The notes: generated from the letters alone by a model not told the origin. A DNA stretch of 32,000 nt from Thalassolituus hydrocarboniclasticus (GCF_025345565.1 NZ_CP054475.1:3233129-3265128); one strand, 5' to 3'; counted from the stretch's first letter, positions 15,967-24,502 are shown. Numbers and translations are program-made.

Positions 15967-17036
15967 CAGAAACGTACCCCCAGCGTCAGGTCATAACTTG
16001 AACCGCCGAATTTCCCAACCTCTTCATAACCGTCTTTTTTATCCCAGCGGGCATCGACTTCTGGCAGGTAGGTGACGCCAAAATCCATAAAGCCATCACT
16101 GAAAAACGGGAATTCAAATCCAAAGCGGAAGATAAGGGAGTTGCTGTCATTGAAGAAGGCCTGCCCCATGCCCAGATACACCCGGGTATCGATCAGCTCA
16201 TCCATACTTGGAATATCGGCAATAATCCGGCCCTCGAGATTTATTCCTGATACGTTAAATAAATCGGTACCGGAGAAATTTCGGAAATATTCAATCGCCA
16301 GAGTATATTCCAGACTGTCATCAATACTGGTGGTTTCACGCCGGCGCAGACCAAATACAGTTACGCCATTAACTTCTTCAGAGCTGCCATCTGTCAGGTT
16401 TTTCCGGCTGCCATCAATCCCCCAGGCACCCACTGTTAATTCATAGTTAACCGCATCGAATCCCTGCTCTTCCTGTTCACGGGTCGTTATCTTCGAATAT
16501 TCCTTAAGCCACAACAGCTGATTATTCCGGCCGTCAACCATGCGCAGGTTGATGGTAAATTTGTCTTCGTGTACTGAAGCATTCCAGAAAATAAAAGCAT
16601 CCGCGCGCACGTGTTTGGCCAGAGCCCGGAGAGCCTGATTGGATTCTGCTGCGTGGGATATTTCCAGCTTATCGGCACGCATCGCTACCTGTGTAGTCCG
16701 GCACTCAATACACTGAATAACCTCAAAGCGTCCGCTATCCATAATCCGGTGCATCAGTTTATTTTCAATCATCAGATGCACCTGCTTGGGAATCTGACGA
16801 TGGAGACGATCACCATTATGATAAAGGGCAACACGGCGGATATTGCTGTCCAGATCGATAAGTTCTTCCAGAACCAGCGTTTTATCATCATCCAGCAATT
16901 GCCCGAAACCGGTATATAAAGAGGGGGCCGGTGAACTCAGTGGCAGCTCGGTTTTGTTATCGGCACAGGCCAGAGAGGGCAGTAACAGCAGGCTGATAAT
17001 CAGCGATAGCTGTTGGAATAGCGTCGGGGAGTTCAT
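15966..17036 (-). CDS. Signal-peptide protein: periplasmic alpha/beta N-domain plus outer-membrane beta-barrel-like C-half
   Basis: 356 aa with signal peptide and an AxA cleavage site (LACA/DN). The C-terminal half has alternating hydrophobic beta-strand patterns and ends in ...YDLTLGVRF. A terminal Phe is typical of BAM substrates. The RBS is AAGGA, 6 nt before the ATG. Confidence 0.6.
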   Translation of the reverse strand: MNSPTLFQQLSLIISLLLLPSLACADNKTELPLSSPAPSLYTGFGQLLDDDKTLVLEELIDLDSNIRRVALYHNGDRLHRQIPKQVHLMIENKLMHRIMDSGRFEVIQCIECRTTQVAMRADKLEISHAAESNQALRALAKHVRADAFIFWNASVHEDKFTINLRMVDGRNNQLLWLKEYSKITTREQEEQGFDAVNYELTVGAWGIDGSRKNLTDGSSEEVNGVTVFGLRRRETTSIDDSLEYTLAIEYFRNFSGTDLFNVSGINLEGRIIADIPSMDELIDTRVYLGMGQAFFNDSNSLIFRFGFEFPFFSDGFMDFGVTYLPEVDARWDKKDGYEEVGKFGGSSYDLTLGVRF

Positions 17037-17354
17037 TCAATATCCTTTCGTCAGGAGTCCTGATTTTTCTCCCTCCAGCTTAGTTCATATTTCAGAAACT
17101 GAAGTTTTCGCCAGCACTTATTCCGTTTACTTAACATGAGTTAAACAATCAGCACTTTAATACCTTTACTGATTCGCCAATTTTTTTACGGCAAATACCG
17201 CAGACGGGCGCAGATATCCAGCCTCTCTGTTTCCTTCATTTGCAGAACTTTTAAAACAGTGAAAATCTGCCTTTTTTCTGGCGATTTATTCTCGAAAAAG
17301 CGACAGAAAAACATTAAATCGTTTTTGTTCGTACAATCAGACTCAGTTCAGAGA

Positions 17355-17672
17355 CTAACGGCGCAGCATTTCCGCAACTTCACGATCTGTCTGCACCGCC
17401 AGACGCAAATCCCGGGCGGAAATTCCCTGTACGTCGTGACTCCACCACAACACCTCCAGCCTCCCCCAGCTTAAAGTCAGCTGTGGATGATGATCCTGCT
17501 GCTCGGCATGCACAGCAATATTATTAGCCAGATGCAGGGCTGCGCTGAAATTGTTCAGCGTTATGCTGCGCAGCAATGCCGGCACACCGGCAACCTGGGT
17601 TAACTGCCAGTGCGGATGCTCCGCCAGCCAGCTCTGCAATTGCGTGTCATCTATACGGTCGTCAGTCATCAT
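17355..17672 (-). CDS. phhB: 4a-hydroxytetrahydrobiopterin (pterin-4a-carbinolamine) dehydratase
   Basis: 105 aa with PCD signature EQQDHHPQLTLSWGRLEVLWWSHDVQGISARDLRLA (the HHP motif followed by a TH/SH..G(I/L)(T/S)..D pattern). Confidence 0.85.
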   Translation of the reverse strand: MMTDDRIDDTQLQSWLAEHPHWQLTQVAGVPALLRSITLNNFSAALHLANNIAVHAEQQDHHPQLTLSWGRLEVLWWSHDVQGISARDLRLAVQTDREVAEMLRR

Positions 17673-17771
17673 CCATCTCCCCGGGCAGAATATTCACATT
17701 AGCGGGAAAATCCGGCTTTGCAGAGTCTTTTCTGCGCCAATGTCATTCATACGATGGCTTTACGACAGGCA

Positions 17772-17800
17772 CAAAAAAAGGAGCCGGAGCTCCTTTTTTA
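17772..17800. terminator. Hairpin terminator downstream of the fumarase gene
   Basis: The sequence is aaaaaaaggagc-cgga-gctcctttttt. A- and T-runs lie on both sides, so it can work in either direction. Confidence 0.65.
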
Positions 17801-17832
17801 TGTATCGCGGTTTAACGCTTATGCGCCTGCGA

Positions 17833-19341
17833 TCAGACTTCGGTTGCGTTAATCTTGGCGTACCAGGTTTGCGGGCCGGTCTTATGTACCGACTCACCTT
17901 TGGTATCCACGGCCACGGTTACCGGCATATCTTCGACTTCAAATTCGTAGATCGCTTCCATGCCCAGATCATCAAAGCCAACAACCTTAGCGCCTTTGAT
18001 TGCCTGAGATACCAGATAAGCAGCGCCACCAACGGCCATCAGATACACAGCTTCGTTATCTTTAATGGCCTCAATGGCGATGTCGCCACGCTCAGATTTA
18101 CCGATCATGCCCAGCAGGCCGGTTTTTTCCAGCACGGTACGGGTGAACTTATCCATACGGGTCGCAGTCGTCGGGCCAGCCGGACCAACCACTTCTTCGC
18201 GTACCGGATCAACCGGGCCCACGTAATAGATAAAGCGGCCTTTCAGATCGACCGGCAGCTCTTCACCTTTAGCGATCATATCGACCATACGCTTATGCGC
18301 CGCATCACGGCCGGTCAGCATCTTGCCGGACAGCAGGACGGTTTCACCGGTTTTCCAGTCTTTTACGTCTTCCGGAGTGATGGTGTCCAGATTCACACGG
18401 CGTACAGAATCACCCACTTCCCAGGTGATCTGTGGCCAGTCTTCCACTTTCGGCGCTTTGAGAACCGCCGGGCCGGAACCATCCAGCACAAAGTGAGTGT
18501 GACGGGTTGCGGCACAGTTAGGAATAATCGCCACCGGCTTGTTTGCCGCGTGAGTCGGGTAATCAGCCACTTTGATGTCCAGTACAGTGGTCAGACCACC
18601 CAGACCCTGTGCACCAATGCCCAGTTTGTTCACTTTTTCGAACAGTTCCAGACGCAGTTCTTCGGCGCGGTTCTGTGCACCACGAGCCTGCAGTTCCTGA
18701 ATGTTGATTGGCTCCAGCAGTGCTTCTTTAGCCAGCATCATGGCTTTTTCAGCGGTACCACCGATACCAATGCCCAGCATACCCGGCGGACACCAGCCAG
18801 CACCCATTTTAGGCACCTGTTCCAGCACCCAATCAACGATGGAGTCAGACGGGTTCAGCATGGCGAACTTGGATTTGGCTTCAGAGCCGCCGCCTTTGGC
18901 TGCCACATGCACGTCCACGGTGTTACCCGGAACCAGTTTCATGTGGATGATGGCCGGCGTGTTGTCTTTGGTGTTGGCACGTTTGCCATCCGGATCAGCC
19001 AGCACAGAGGCGCGCAGCACGTTGTCAGGATGGGTGTAAGCGCGGCGTACGCCTTCGTTACACATATCCTCAACACTCATGTCGCCTTCGAACTTCACGT
19101 CCATACCAATGGTCAGGAACACGGTAACAATACCGGTATCCTGACAGATCGGACGGTGGCCCATGGCACACATACGGGAGTTGATCAGAATCTGCGCCAT
19201 GGCGTCTTTCGCAGCCTTGGACTCTTCGCGCTCATAAGCCGCATGCACGGCATCAATGAAGTCTTTCGGGTGATAGTACGAGATGTACTGCAGTGCATCA
19301 GCGACGCTCTGGATCAGGTCTTCTTGCTTGATCACAGTCAT
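17833..19341 (-). CDS. Class I (Fe-S) fumarate hydratase, single-chain alpha+beta type
   Basis: 502 aa. The N-terminus MTVIKQEDLIQSVADALQYISYYHP...RPICQDTGIVTVF matches the Pseudomonas-type class I fumarase / tartrate dehydratase family. A beta-subunit-like C-terminal half is also present. Confidence 0.92.
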   Translation of the reverse strand: MTVIKQEDLIQSVADALQYISYYHPKDFIDAVHAAYEREESKAAKDAMAQILINSRMCAMGHRPICQDTGIVTVFLTIGMDVKFEGDMSVEDMCNEGVRRAYTHPDNVLRASVLADPDGKRANTKDNTPAIIHMKLVPGNTVDVHVAAKGGGSEAKSKFAMLNPSDSIVDWVLEQVPKMGAGWCPPGMLGIGIGGTAEKAMMLAKEALLEPINIQELQARGAQNRAEELRLELFEKVNKLGIGAQGLGGLTTVLDIKVADYPTHAANKPVAIIPNCAATRHTHFVLDGSGPAVLKAPKVEDWPQITWEVGDSVRRVNLDTITPEDVKDWKTGETVLLSGKMLTGRDAAHKRMVDMIAKGEELPVDLKGRFIYYVGPVDPVREEVVGPAGPTTATRMDKFTRTVLEKTGLLGMIGKSERGDIAIEAIKDNEAVYLMAVGGAAYLVSQAIKGAKVVGFDDLGMEAIYEFEVEDMPVTVAVDTKGESVHKTGPQTWYAKINATEV

Positions 19342-19371
19342 GACGGGTTCTCTCTCATAGGCTCGCGGGTG

Positions 19372-19397
19372 TAAAAACGCCCACGTCGGTGGGCGTT
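19372..19397 (-). terminator. Hairpin terminator downstream of the 234-aa lipoprotein gene
   Basis: The minus strand reads acgcccac-cgac-gtgggcgt followed by ttttta. Confidence 0.55.
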
Positions 19398-19431
19398 ACA
19401 GTCGGCCTATTGTACCCCAACTACTGCCGGT

Positions 19432-20136
19432 CTAGAACGGCCACCACTCCTCGGCTTTAGTTCTAGGCTTGGCTTTGGCGCCGGATTCATCGCTCACCTC
19501 TTCGCTATCGGCATCAGCGCTGCCACCGAAGACCTGCTCAGCCATTTCATCTTCTGCCACCGGACGTGGTTTAAGACGATCACGACCATGATGAATCATT
19601 TTAGTTACCGGCAACTCTGCCAGAGCAATACTTGGCGCCACCAGCTGTAATGGTCCATCCCCGAGAGGGATATCTTCCAGATCCGGCTCAACGGTTGGCG
19701 GGTCTATCTCAGAATAACGCAGGTAATACACTTTACCGGGCTTAACATCGAGTCTGAGCTGCGCCACCCGTTTAATTACAAAGTCGCCAACACCTTCAAG
19801 CCCGAGCAGACCGCGGCGGATGATGACATCGTATTCCCCCGGCTCCATTTCATACCAGGTGTAACCGCCGCCCTTAATATTGAACAGGCGCTCATCATTC
19901 ACATTAAAGCTCGGAGTTTCCAGCTCATCCATCGACCACTGGGTAGCCGGACGATAAACGTAAATGAGGGCTGTATTTTCATAATCCCAGCGATAGCCGA
20001 CGGCTTTAAAAGGCTGTCCATCCGGCTCGGATACGTAGGAGCCGAAACTGTCACCAATGGATTGATGGATGGTACATCCGCCCAGCAGCAACGACAGCAG
20101 CACGGAAGAAAGACCAAGCGAGACGATTTTTATCAT
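19432..20136 (-). CDS. Lipoprotein of unknown function (DUF2846-like impression)
   Basis: 234 aa with lipobox LGGC. The ALIYVYRP motif and beta-rich core resemble the DUF2846 family as I remember it. It has an acidic C-terminal tail ending EEWWPF. Confidence 0.6.
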   Translation of the reverse strand: MIKIVSLGLSSVLLSLLLGGCTIHQSIGDSFGSYVSEPDGQPFKAVGYRWDYENTALIYVYRPATQWSMDELETPSFNVNDERLFNIKGGGYTWYEMEPGEYDVIIRRGLLGLEGVGDFVIKRVAQLRLDVKPGKVYYLRYSEIDPPTVEPDLEDIPLGDGPLQLVAPSIALAELPVTKMIHHGRDRLKPRPVAEDEMAEQVFGGSADADSEEVSDESGAKAKPRTKAEEWWPF

Positions 20137-20328
20137 TATTATTTTCCTGCCCGTATTGGGTAAAAGCTGTACCCGGCGACATAAAGCGCCTGCTTTGCTG
20201 CATCGTCAGCCAGGGTCCCTGCCCGGCAAAATTTACAGTGCAAAACCGGCTCACCAGTGTACATAAAAAACTCAGCTTGCTATGATGACATACTTACAAA
20301 AAATAACAAAAACAAAAGGGGTCAACTC

Positions 20329-20820
20329 ATGGAAAGATCCTGTTTTATCATCGCCTGCATCCTTCTGCCACTGGCTGCTGCCCACACACAGGCGGCACCG
20401 GTGAATGAGTCTTACTATTCCTCTGATCTTGAGGATGCCGTTGCGGAAGCTAAACGCAATCCGGTCAACAGCGAGTACGTTGGCCGCTCCTGGTACAACC
20501 GCAGCACCTCCAAGAGCTTCCCGCTGCCGAAACTGCTGAATACCGAAATGGATGCCGAAGTGGTAGAAGGCGCTATGGGCCCGACCGCAGCCGGTGAAGC
20601 GGCCGCCCTCGAAGCTCAGCAACCTGTGCGTGATATCGCTCAGGGCCGCAAAAGCAAGCAGGAAACCCTGGCCGAAGCCAAGAAAAAGCAGGATAAGCCG
20701 GACGAAGAACGGGTTGTTGAACGCTCGCAGGAAATTCACGTACGCGAAGCCCGCTCGAGAGACAGCCGCGTAACGGACATCCGTGCCACCGTAAACATCA
20801 AGGCCACTTACAAGCCCTGA
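20329..20820 (+). CDS. Small secreted protein, paralog A
   Basis: I start at the internal ATG 20329 (MERSCFIIACILLPLAAAHTQAAP, a signal peptide) with RBS aagggg upstream. The track start at 20257 adds a non-signal extension. It shares a motif block of about 55 aa with the next gene. Confidence 0.62.
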   Translation: MERSCFIIACILLPLAAAHTQAAPVNESYYSSDLEDAVAEAKRNPVNSEYVGRSWYNRSTSKSFPLPKLLNTEMDAEVVEGAMGPTAAGEAAALEAQQPVRDIAQGRKSKQETLAEAKKKQDKPDEERVVERSQEIHVREARSRDSRVTDIRATVNIKATYKP

Positions 20821-20834
20821 GCGCCGAGGTCATT

Positions 20835-21242
20835 ATGAGAACAGCTGCGATCAGCCTGCTTACTCTGTTAGCCGCAACGACGCTCAGCGTCCGTGCGGCC
20901 AATCCTCATGATGAGTATTATTCGAACGATATTTTTACAGCAATCGAAGAAGCCAAGCAGCGTACCCACCATTACGACTACAGCCGGGCACAGCGCTATA
21001 ACCGCTCGACGTCGCAGAGCATTCAGTTCTCAAGGTTGCTGAACAAGGAGATGGCGCAAACCATCGTTGAAACACCGGACAGTATTGATGTTGATCCTAA
21101 AGCAGAAACCAGCGACAAACTGGATACAGACTCTCTGACACCACAGGACAGTGAGAAAATGCCGGCGATCGATACAGCACCACCATCCCTGCCCTCCAAC
21201 GTCAGCATCGGCACCACCTCGGTAACCATCACCGTACGCTGA
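20835..21242 (+). CDS. Small secreted protein, paralog B
   Basis: 135 aa with signal peptide MRTAAISLLTLLAATTLSVRAA. Its conserved block DEYYSNDIFTAIEEAKQ...YNRSTSQSIQFSRLLNKEM parallels ESYYSSDLEDAVAEAKR...YNRSTSKSFPLPKLLNTEM in paralog A. Confidence 0.62.
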   Translation: MRTAAISLLTLLAATTLSVRAANPHDEYYSNDIFTAIEEAKQRTHHYDYSRAQRYNRSTSQSIQFSRLLNKEMAQTIVETPDSIDVDPKAETSDKLDTDSLTPQDSEKMPAIDTAPPSLPSNVSIGTTSVTITVR

Positions 21243-21249
21243 CAGGCAT

Positions 21250-22110
21250 TTACGCCAGCAATGAAGCGCGGATCCTGACGCGTAAAGGTGTCGCCAGCTG
21301 CAACAGCATACGATCCCGTAACCAGAGCGGGCGCAGGTCGTCAGGCAGCTGCGGCTGCAGTACTTCCTGACAGGTCAGAACCTCTTCCAGAGCATCCAGA
21401 GCCGCCAGTGAATAGTGCTGTGGCGAGGCAGAGAAAATATCCGCCAGATGCCCGGCCGCTGCCAATAATTGTTCACCTTCTCCGCCGCTATGGGTATTTG
21501 CCAGCAACCAGCCACTGAATGCCAGCGCAACATGCACATCTTCCCAGTAGCGGAAAGGCTTATTCAGCTGACGATGAGCATCATGGCAACGGTAGGCCGA
21601 GGTGATGTTTACATTGGTGAAGCGTACCGGGGTATGGGGAACATCCGCTAAGAAAGGCTGCTCTTTACGCGCAGCCAGAACTTCAATCCCTGTCGCATCT
21701 ACCGCTACCTGCACACACAGCAGATCATCATCGCAGGCAGCAACCACATACAGCAGGTCGAGCCCACGGCTGGCCAGCATGACATGGGATTTTTCGCCAT
21801 TCAGACAGGAAGTTTGTGCGTCAAAGCGGGTCTGCATCTGCCGCAAAGAACGTAATCCGGCTTCAGAGATACAGAATGCCGCCCAGGCGTCGGCAGCAAG
21901 TTGCGGATCAAGCTGACGCATCGCCGCCTGATAACCGCAGAAAAACGCAGTGCCCGGCGTCGCCGCACGCTGACCGTATTGCCAGGCGACTTCTATGGAT
22001 GTGAGGGTGCAGAAAGAATTGGCAAGCTCACGCCGCAGCTGCGCCGCATCCTGCTCAAGAGACAGGCGTGGTGCCGTAGCACCACGCTGACATAATGCGG
22101 ACAGCGGCAT
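21250..22110 (-). CDS. Hypothetical protein with a divergent acyl-CoA-dehydrogenase-like middle domain
   Basis: 286 aa. LNGEKSHVMLASRGLDLLYVVAACDDDLLCVQVAVDATGIEVLAARKEQPFLADVPHTPVRFTNVNI resembles the ACAD beta-barrel domain pattern (G.K.w.s....d...v.a......f.v....G..v.......v.F.dv.v). It is too short to be a full ACAD. Its start overlaps the upstream stop (TAATG). Confidence 0.45.
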   Translation of the reverse strand: MPLSALCQRGATAPRLSLEQDAAQLRRELANSFCTLTSIEVAWQYGQRAATPGTAFFCGYQAAMRQLDPQLAADAWAAFCISEAGLRSLRQMQTRFDAQTSCLNGEKSHVMLASRGLDLLYVVAACDDDLLCVQVAVDATGIEVLAARKEQPFLADVPHTPVRFTNVNITSAYRCHDAHRQLNKPFRYWEDVHVALAFSGWLLANTHSGGEGEQLLAAAGHLADIFSASPQHYSLAALDALEEVLTCQEVLQPQLPDDLRPLWLRDRMLLQLATPLRVRIRASLLA

Positions 22111-22928
22111 TATTGTGCGCCGCCACCCAGCGCATTCTGAATGCGGTCCAGACGGATCTGAATATCTTCAATTTCCAGCTTCATATCGGCCAGATTACCG
22201 CCAGCGCCACTCTGACGCATCTTGGTCATAGCCGCTTCCAGAGACTGAATAGACTCGGTGTTCTGCGCCACGCGCAGCTCCGTTTCCGCAGGCATCGACA
22301 GCACCTGAGCTTCGACTTTGGCTATCTTCTTCTTCAGGTCAGCAATACCAGCATCCAGTTTCTTCTGTAATGCAGCATCGCTTGCTGCCAGAGCTTTCTG
22401 CTGTTTGTCATTGCTGGCCTTCAGTTCTTTATCCAGACCGGCCAGCGATCCTTTTAACGACGTGATGGCTTTTTCATTGCTGGCGATATCAGCCTTATTA
22501 CGCTTATTCGCCACATCCCAGAGTTTACGGATTTCGGTATCGTGTTCTTTGATAATTACTTTCAGAGCATCCAGCGACAGGTTGGCATTTTCACCAGTAA
22601 CCGACAGTTTCTCATTCAGCACATTAATATTGGCAGCCTGGCTTTTCAGCAGTGCTTCAGCATTGGCAAACTGTCCCTGCAGAGTCTGTAACTGCGTAAA
22701 CAAAAAGGCGGCCAGACCACCCATTGCCACAGCAACGACCAGCGCCACAACAGCCAGCGTCTGTTTCTGTACTGGCGCGGCTACAGTCGCTGCAGCCGAT
22801 GGACCGGCTTTTGCCGCTGCTGCACGCTGGGCCGCAATACGACGAGCCTGCAACTGCTTCTGACGCAGGGCAATATCTTCCTGCGATGGCTTCATATCCG
22901 GCACCAGTGGTTCTTTTTCTTTATCCAT
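22110..22928 (-). CDS. Single-pass membrane protein with a long periplasmic coiled coil
   Basis: 272 aa. It has a basic Ala-rich N-terminus, one TM segment (LAVVALVVAVAMGGLAAFLF), then about 190 aa of heptad-like Ala/Lys/Leu/Gln sequence. I recognised no family. Confidence 0.55.
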   Translation of the reverse strand: MDKEKEPLVPDMKPSQEDIALRQKQLQARRIAAQRAAAAKAGPSAAATVAAPVQKQTLAVVALVVAVAMGGLAAFLFTQLQTLQGQFANAEALLKSQAANINVLNEKLSVTGENANLSLDALKVIIKEHDTEIRKLWDVANKRNKADIASNEKAITSLKGSLAGLDKELKASNDKQQKALAASDAALQKKLDAGIADLKKKIAKVEAQVLSMPAETELRVAQNTESIQSLEAAMTKMRQSGAGGNLADMKLEIEDIQIRLDRIQNALGGGAQ

Positions 22929-23237
22929 TTTTTTGCCCCCACGAAAACGTCATCATTATTATTGCGCCCAGTATAACGGCATCTGCCGTCAGGATGAATT
23001 GCGGGCGCTGTTATTCTTCCCCGCCATCAGCACCAGGCCAAAGGCTTACTGCATGCGACAGAGACAGTCTGTTCAATACCCCTACAAACCTCATGAATAG
23101 CACCCTAAATACAGTGGTGCTATGATTCGGGCTCTAAAGAAGCTCTGCCAGCCTGGTATTGTAAAAGCCAATCCTTACAGAGCTTCGATAATTCAGCAAG
23201 ATATGCAACCTGACTCAGTAATGAATGGAGATACACC

Positions 23238-23819
23238 ATGGCATTTGAATTACCAGCCCTGCCGTACGCAAAAGACGCACTGGAACCACACATTTCTGCC
23301 GAAACCCTGGATTTCCACCACGGCAAGCACCACAACACCTACGTGGTTAAGCTGAATGGCCTGATCGGCGGCACTGAGTTTGAAGGCAAAACTCTGGAAG
23401 AAATCATCAAAACTTCTTCCGGTGGCGTATTCAACAACGCAGCTCAGATCTGGAACCACACCTTCTACTGGAACAGCCTGAGCCCGAACGGCGGTGGCGA
23501 GCCTACTGGCGCTGTTGCTGATGCGATCAACGCTTCTTTTGGCTCTTTTGCTGATTTCCAGGCCAAATTCAACGATATGGCTGTTAACAACTTCGGTTCA
23601 AGCTGGACCTGGCTGGTGAAAAAAGCTGACGGCGCTCTGGACATTGTTAACACGTCCAACGCTGCAACCCCGATCACCGAAGGCCTGACTCCACTGATCA
23701 CTGTTGACCTGTGGGAACACGCTTACTACATCGATTACCGCAACGTACGTCCTGATTACCTGAAAGGTTTCTGGGCTCTGGTTAACTGGGAATTCGCCAA
23801 CGCGAACTTCGCTGCTTAA
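23238..23819 (+). CDS. sodB: Iron superoxide dismutase
   Basis: 193 aa. [32 protein letters not shown]...[11 protein letters not shown]...[13 protein letters not shown] is a textbook Fe/Mn-SOD and the sequence is SodB-like. A strong RBS ggaga is present. Confidence 0.95.
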   Translation: MAFELPALPYAKDALEPHISAETLDFHHGKHHNTYVVKLNGLIGGTEFEGKTLEEIIKTSSGGVFNNAAQIWNHTFYWNSLSPNGGGEPTGAVADAINASFGSFADFQAKFNDMAVNNFGSSWTWLVKKADGALDIVNTSNAATPITEGLTPLITVDLWEHAYYIDYRNVRPDYLKGFWALVNWEFANANFAA

Positions 23820-23837
23820 TCAGCCTTTGTGGTAAAA

Positions 23838-23867
23838 AGAAAACCGGGTTTTTACCCGGTTTTTTTA
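23838..23867 (+). terminator. Rho-independent terminator of sodB
   Basis: accgggt-tttt-acccggt followed by ttttttt. Confidence 0.8.
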
Positions 23868-23896
23868 TATCTGCGTATCTGCAAAACGGTAAAACT

Positions 23897-24484
23897 ATGA
23901 AGCTACTGCTCGCCTCCGGCTCGCCGTACCGCCGTGAACTACTGGCCCGGTTACGGATTCCTTTTGACTGTGCCAGCCCTGATATTGACGAAACACCATC
24001 GGCAAACGAATCGCCGCAGGATTATGTCGCCCGCCTGGCGTACGAAAAAGCCCGGGCACTGGCCGCACAATATCCGCAACACTGGATCATTGGCAGCGAT
24101 CAGACCTGTGTATTAAACAACCAGATCTGCGGCAAGCCCGGTAACCACGACAACGCCGTTGCCCAACTGCAACGCGCCAATGGCCAGCGCGTCAGTTTTT
24201 ATACCGGTCTGTGCCTGCTTAACAGTGACAGTGGTGAATATTATTCGCTGACAGAGCCTTTCCATGTGCATTTCCGCAATCTCAGCGATGCAGAGATCGA
24301 ACGTTATGTCACACTCGAGCAGCCTTATGACTGTGCCGGCAGTTTTAAAGTGGAAGGGCTGGGTATTAATTTATTTGAAAAACTGGAAGGTCGTGATGCC
24401 AACAGTCTGATCGGACTGCCATTAATCGGACTGTTGGATTTAATGCGCAAGGCCGGACTGCAGCCGCTGGAGCTTGCTCAATAA
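23897..24484 (+). CDS. Maf-family nucleoside triphosphate pyrophosphatase (YceF-like)
   Basis: 195 aa. MKLLLASGSPYRRELLARLRIPF...SPDIDE...IIGSDQ...GKP...SFKVEG are Maf-family motifs. The N-terminal SPYRREL favours the YceF subgroup. Confidence 0.85.
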   Translation: MKLLLASGSPYRRELLARLRIPFDCASPDIDETPSANESPQDYVARLAYEKARALAAQYPQHWIIGSDQTCVLNNQICGKPGNHDNAVAQLQRANGQRVSFYTGLCLLNSDSGEYYSLTEPFHVHFRNLSDAEIERYVTLEQPYDCAGSFKVEGLGINLFEKLEGRDANSLIGLPLIGLLDLMRKAGLQPLELAQ

Positions 24485-24502
24485 TTTAACAAAGCCATAA
24501 AT

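Noticed and set aside
17051-17104. Short palindromes tcagga-g-tcctga and ttcag-aaa-ctgaa in the 5' leader of the five-gene operon, as possible operators or attenuators
   Set aside because: The stems are only 5-6 bp with loops of 1-3 nt. I could not identify a convincing -35/-10, sigma-28 or sigma-54 promoter in 17037-17354. They are recorded only as something to revisit with transcript data.
17551-19374. 607-aa plus-strand ORF, the longest in that region
   Set aside because: It lies entirely antisense to the class I fumarase gene, which has unmistakable homology. Its translation is low-complexity (Arg/His/Gly/Phe rich) with no recognisable motif. This is a typical shadow ORF.
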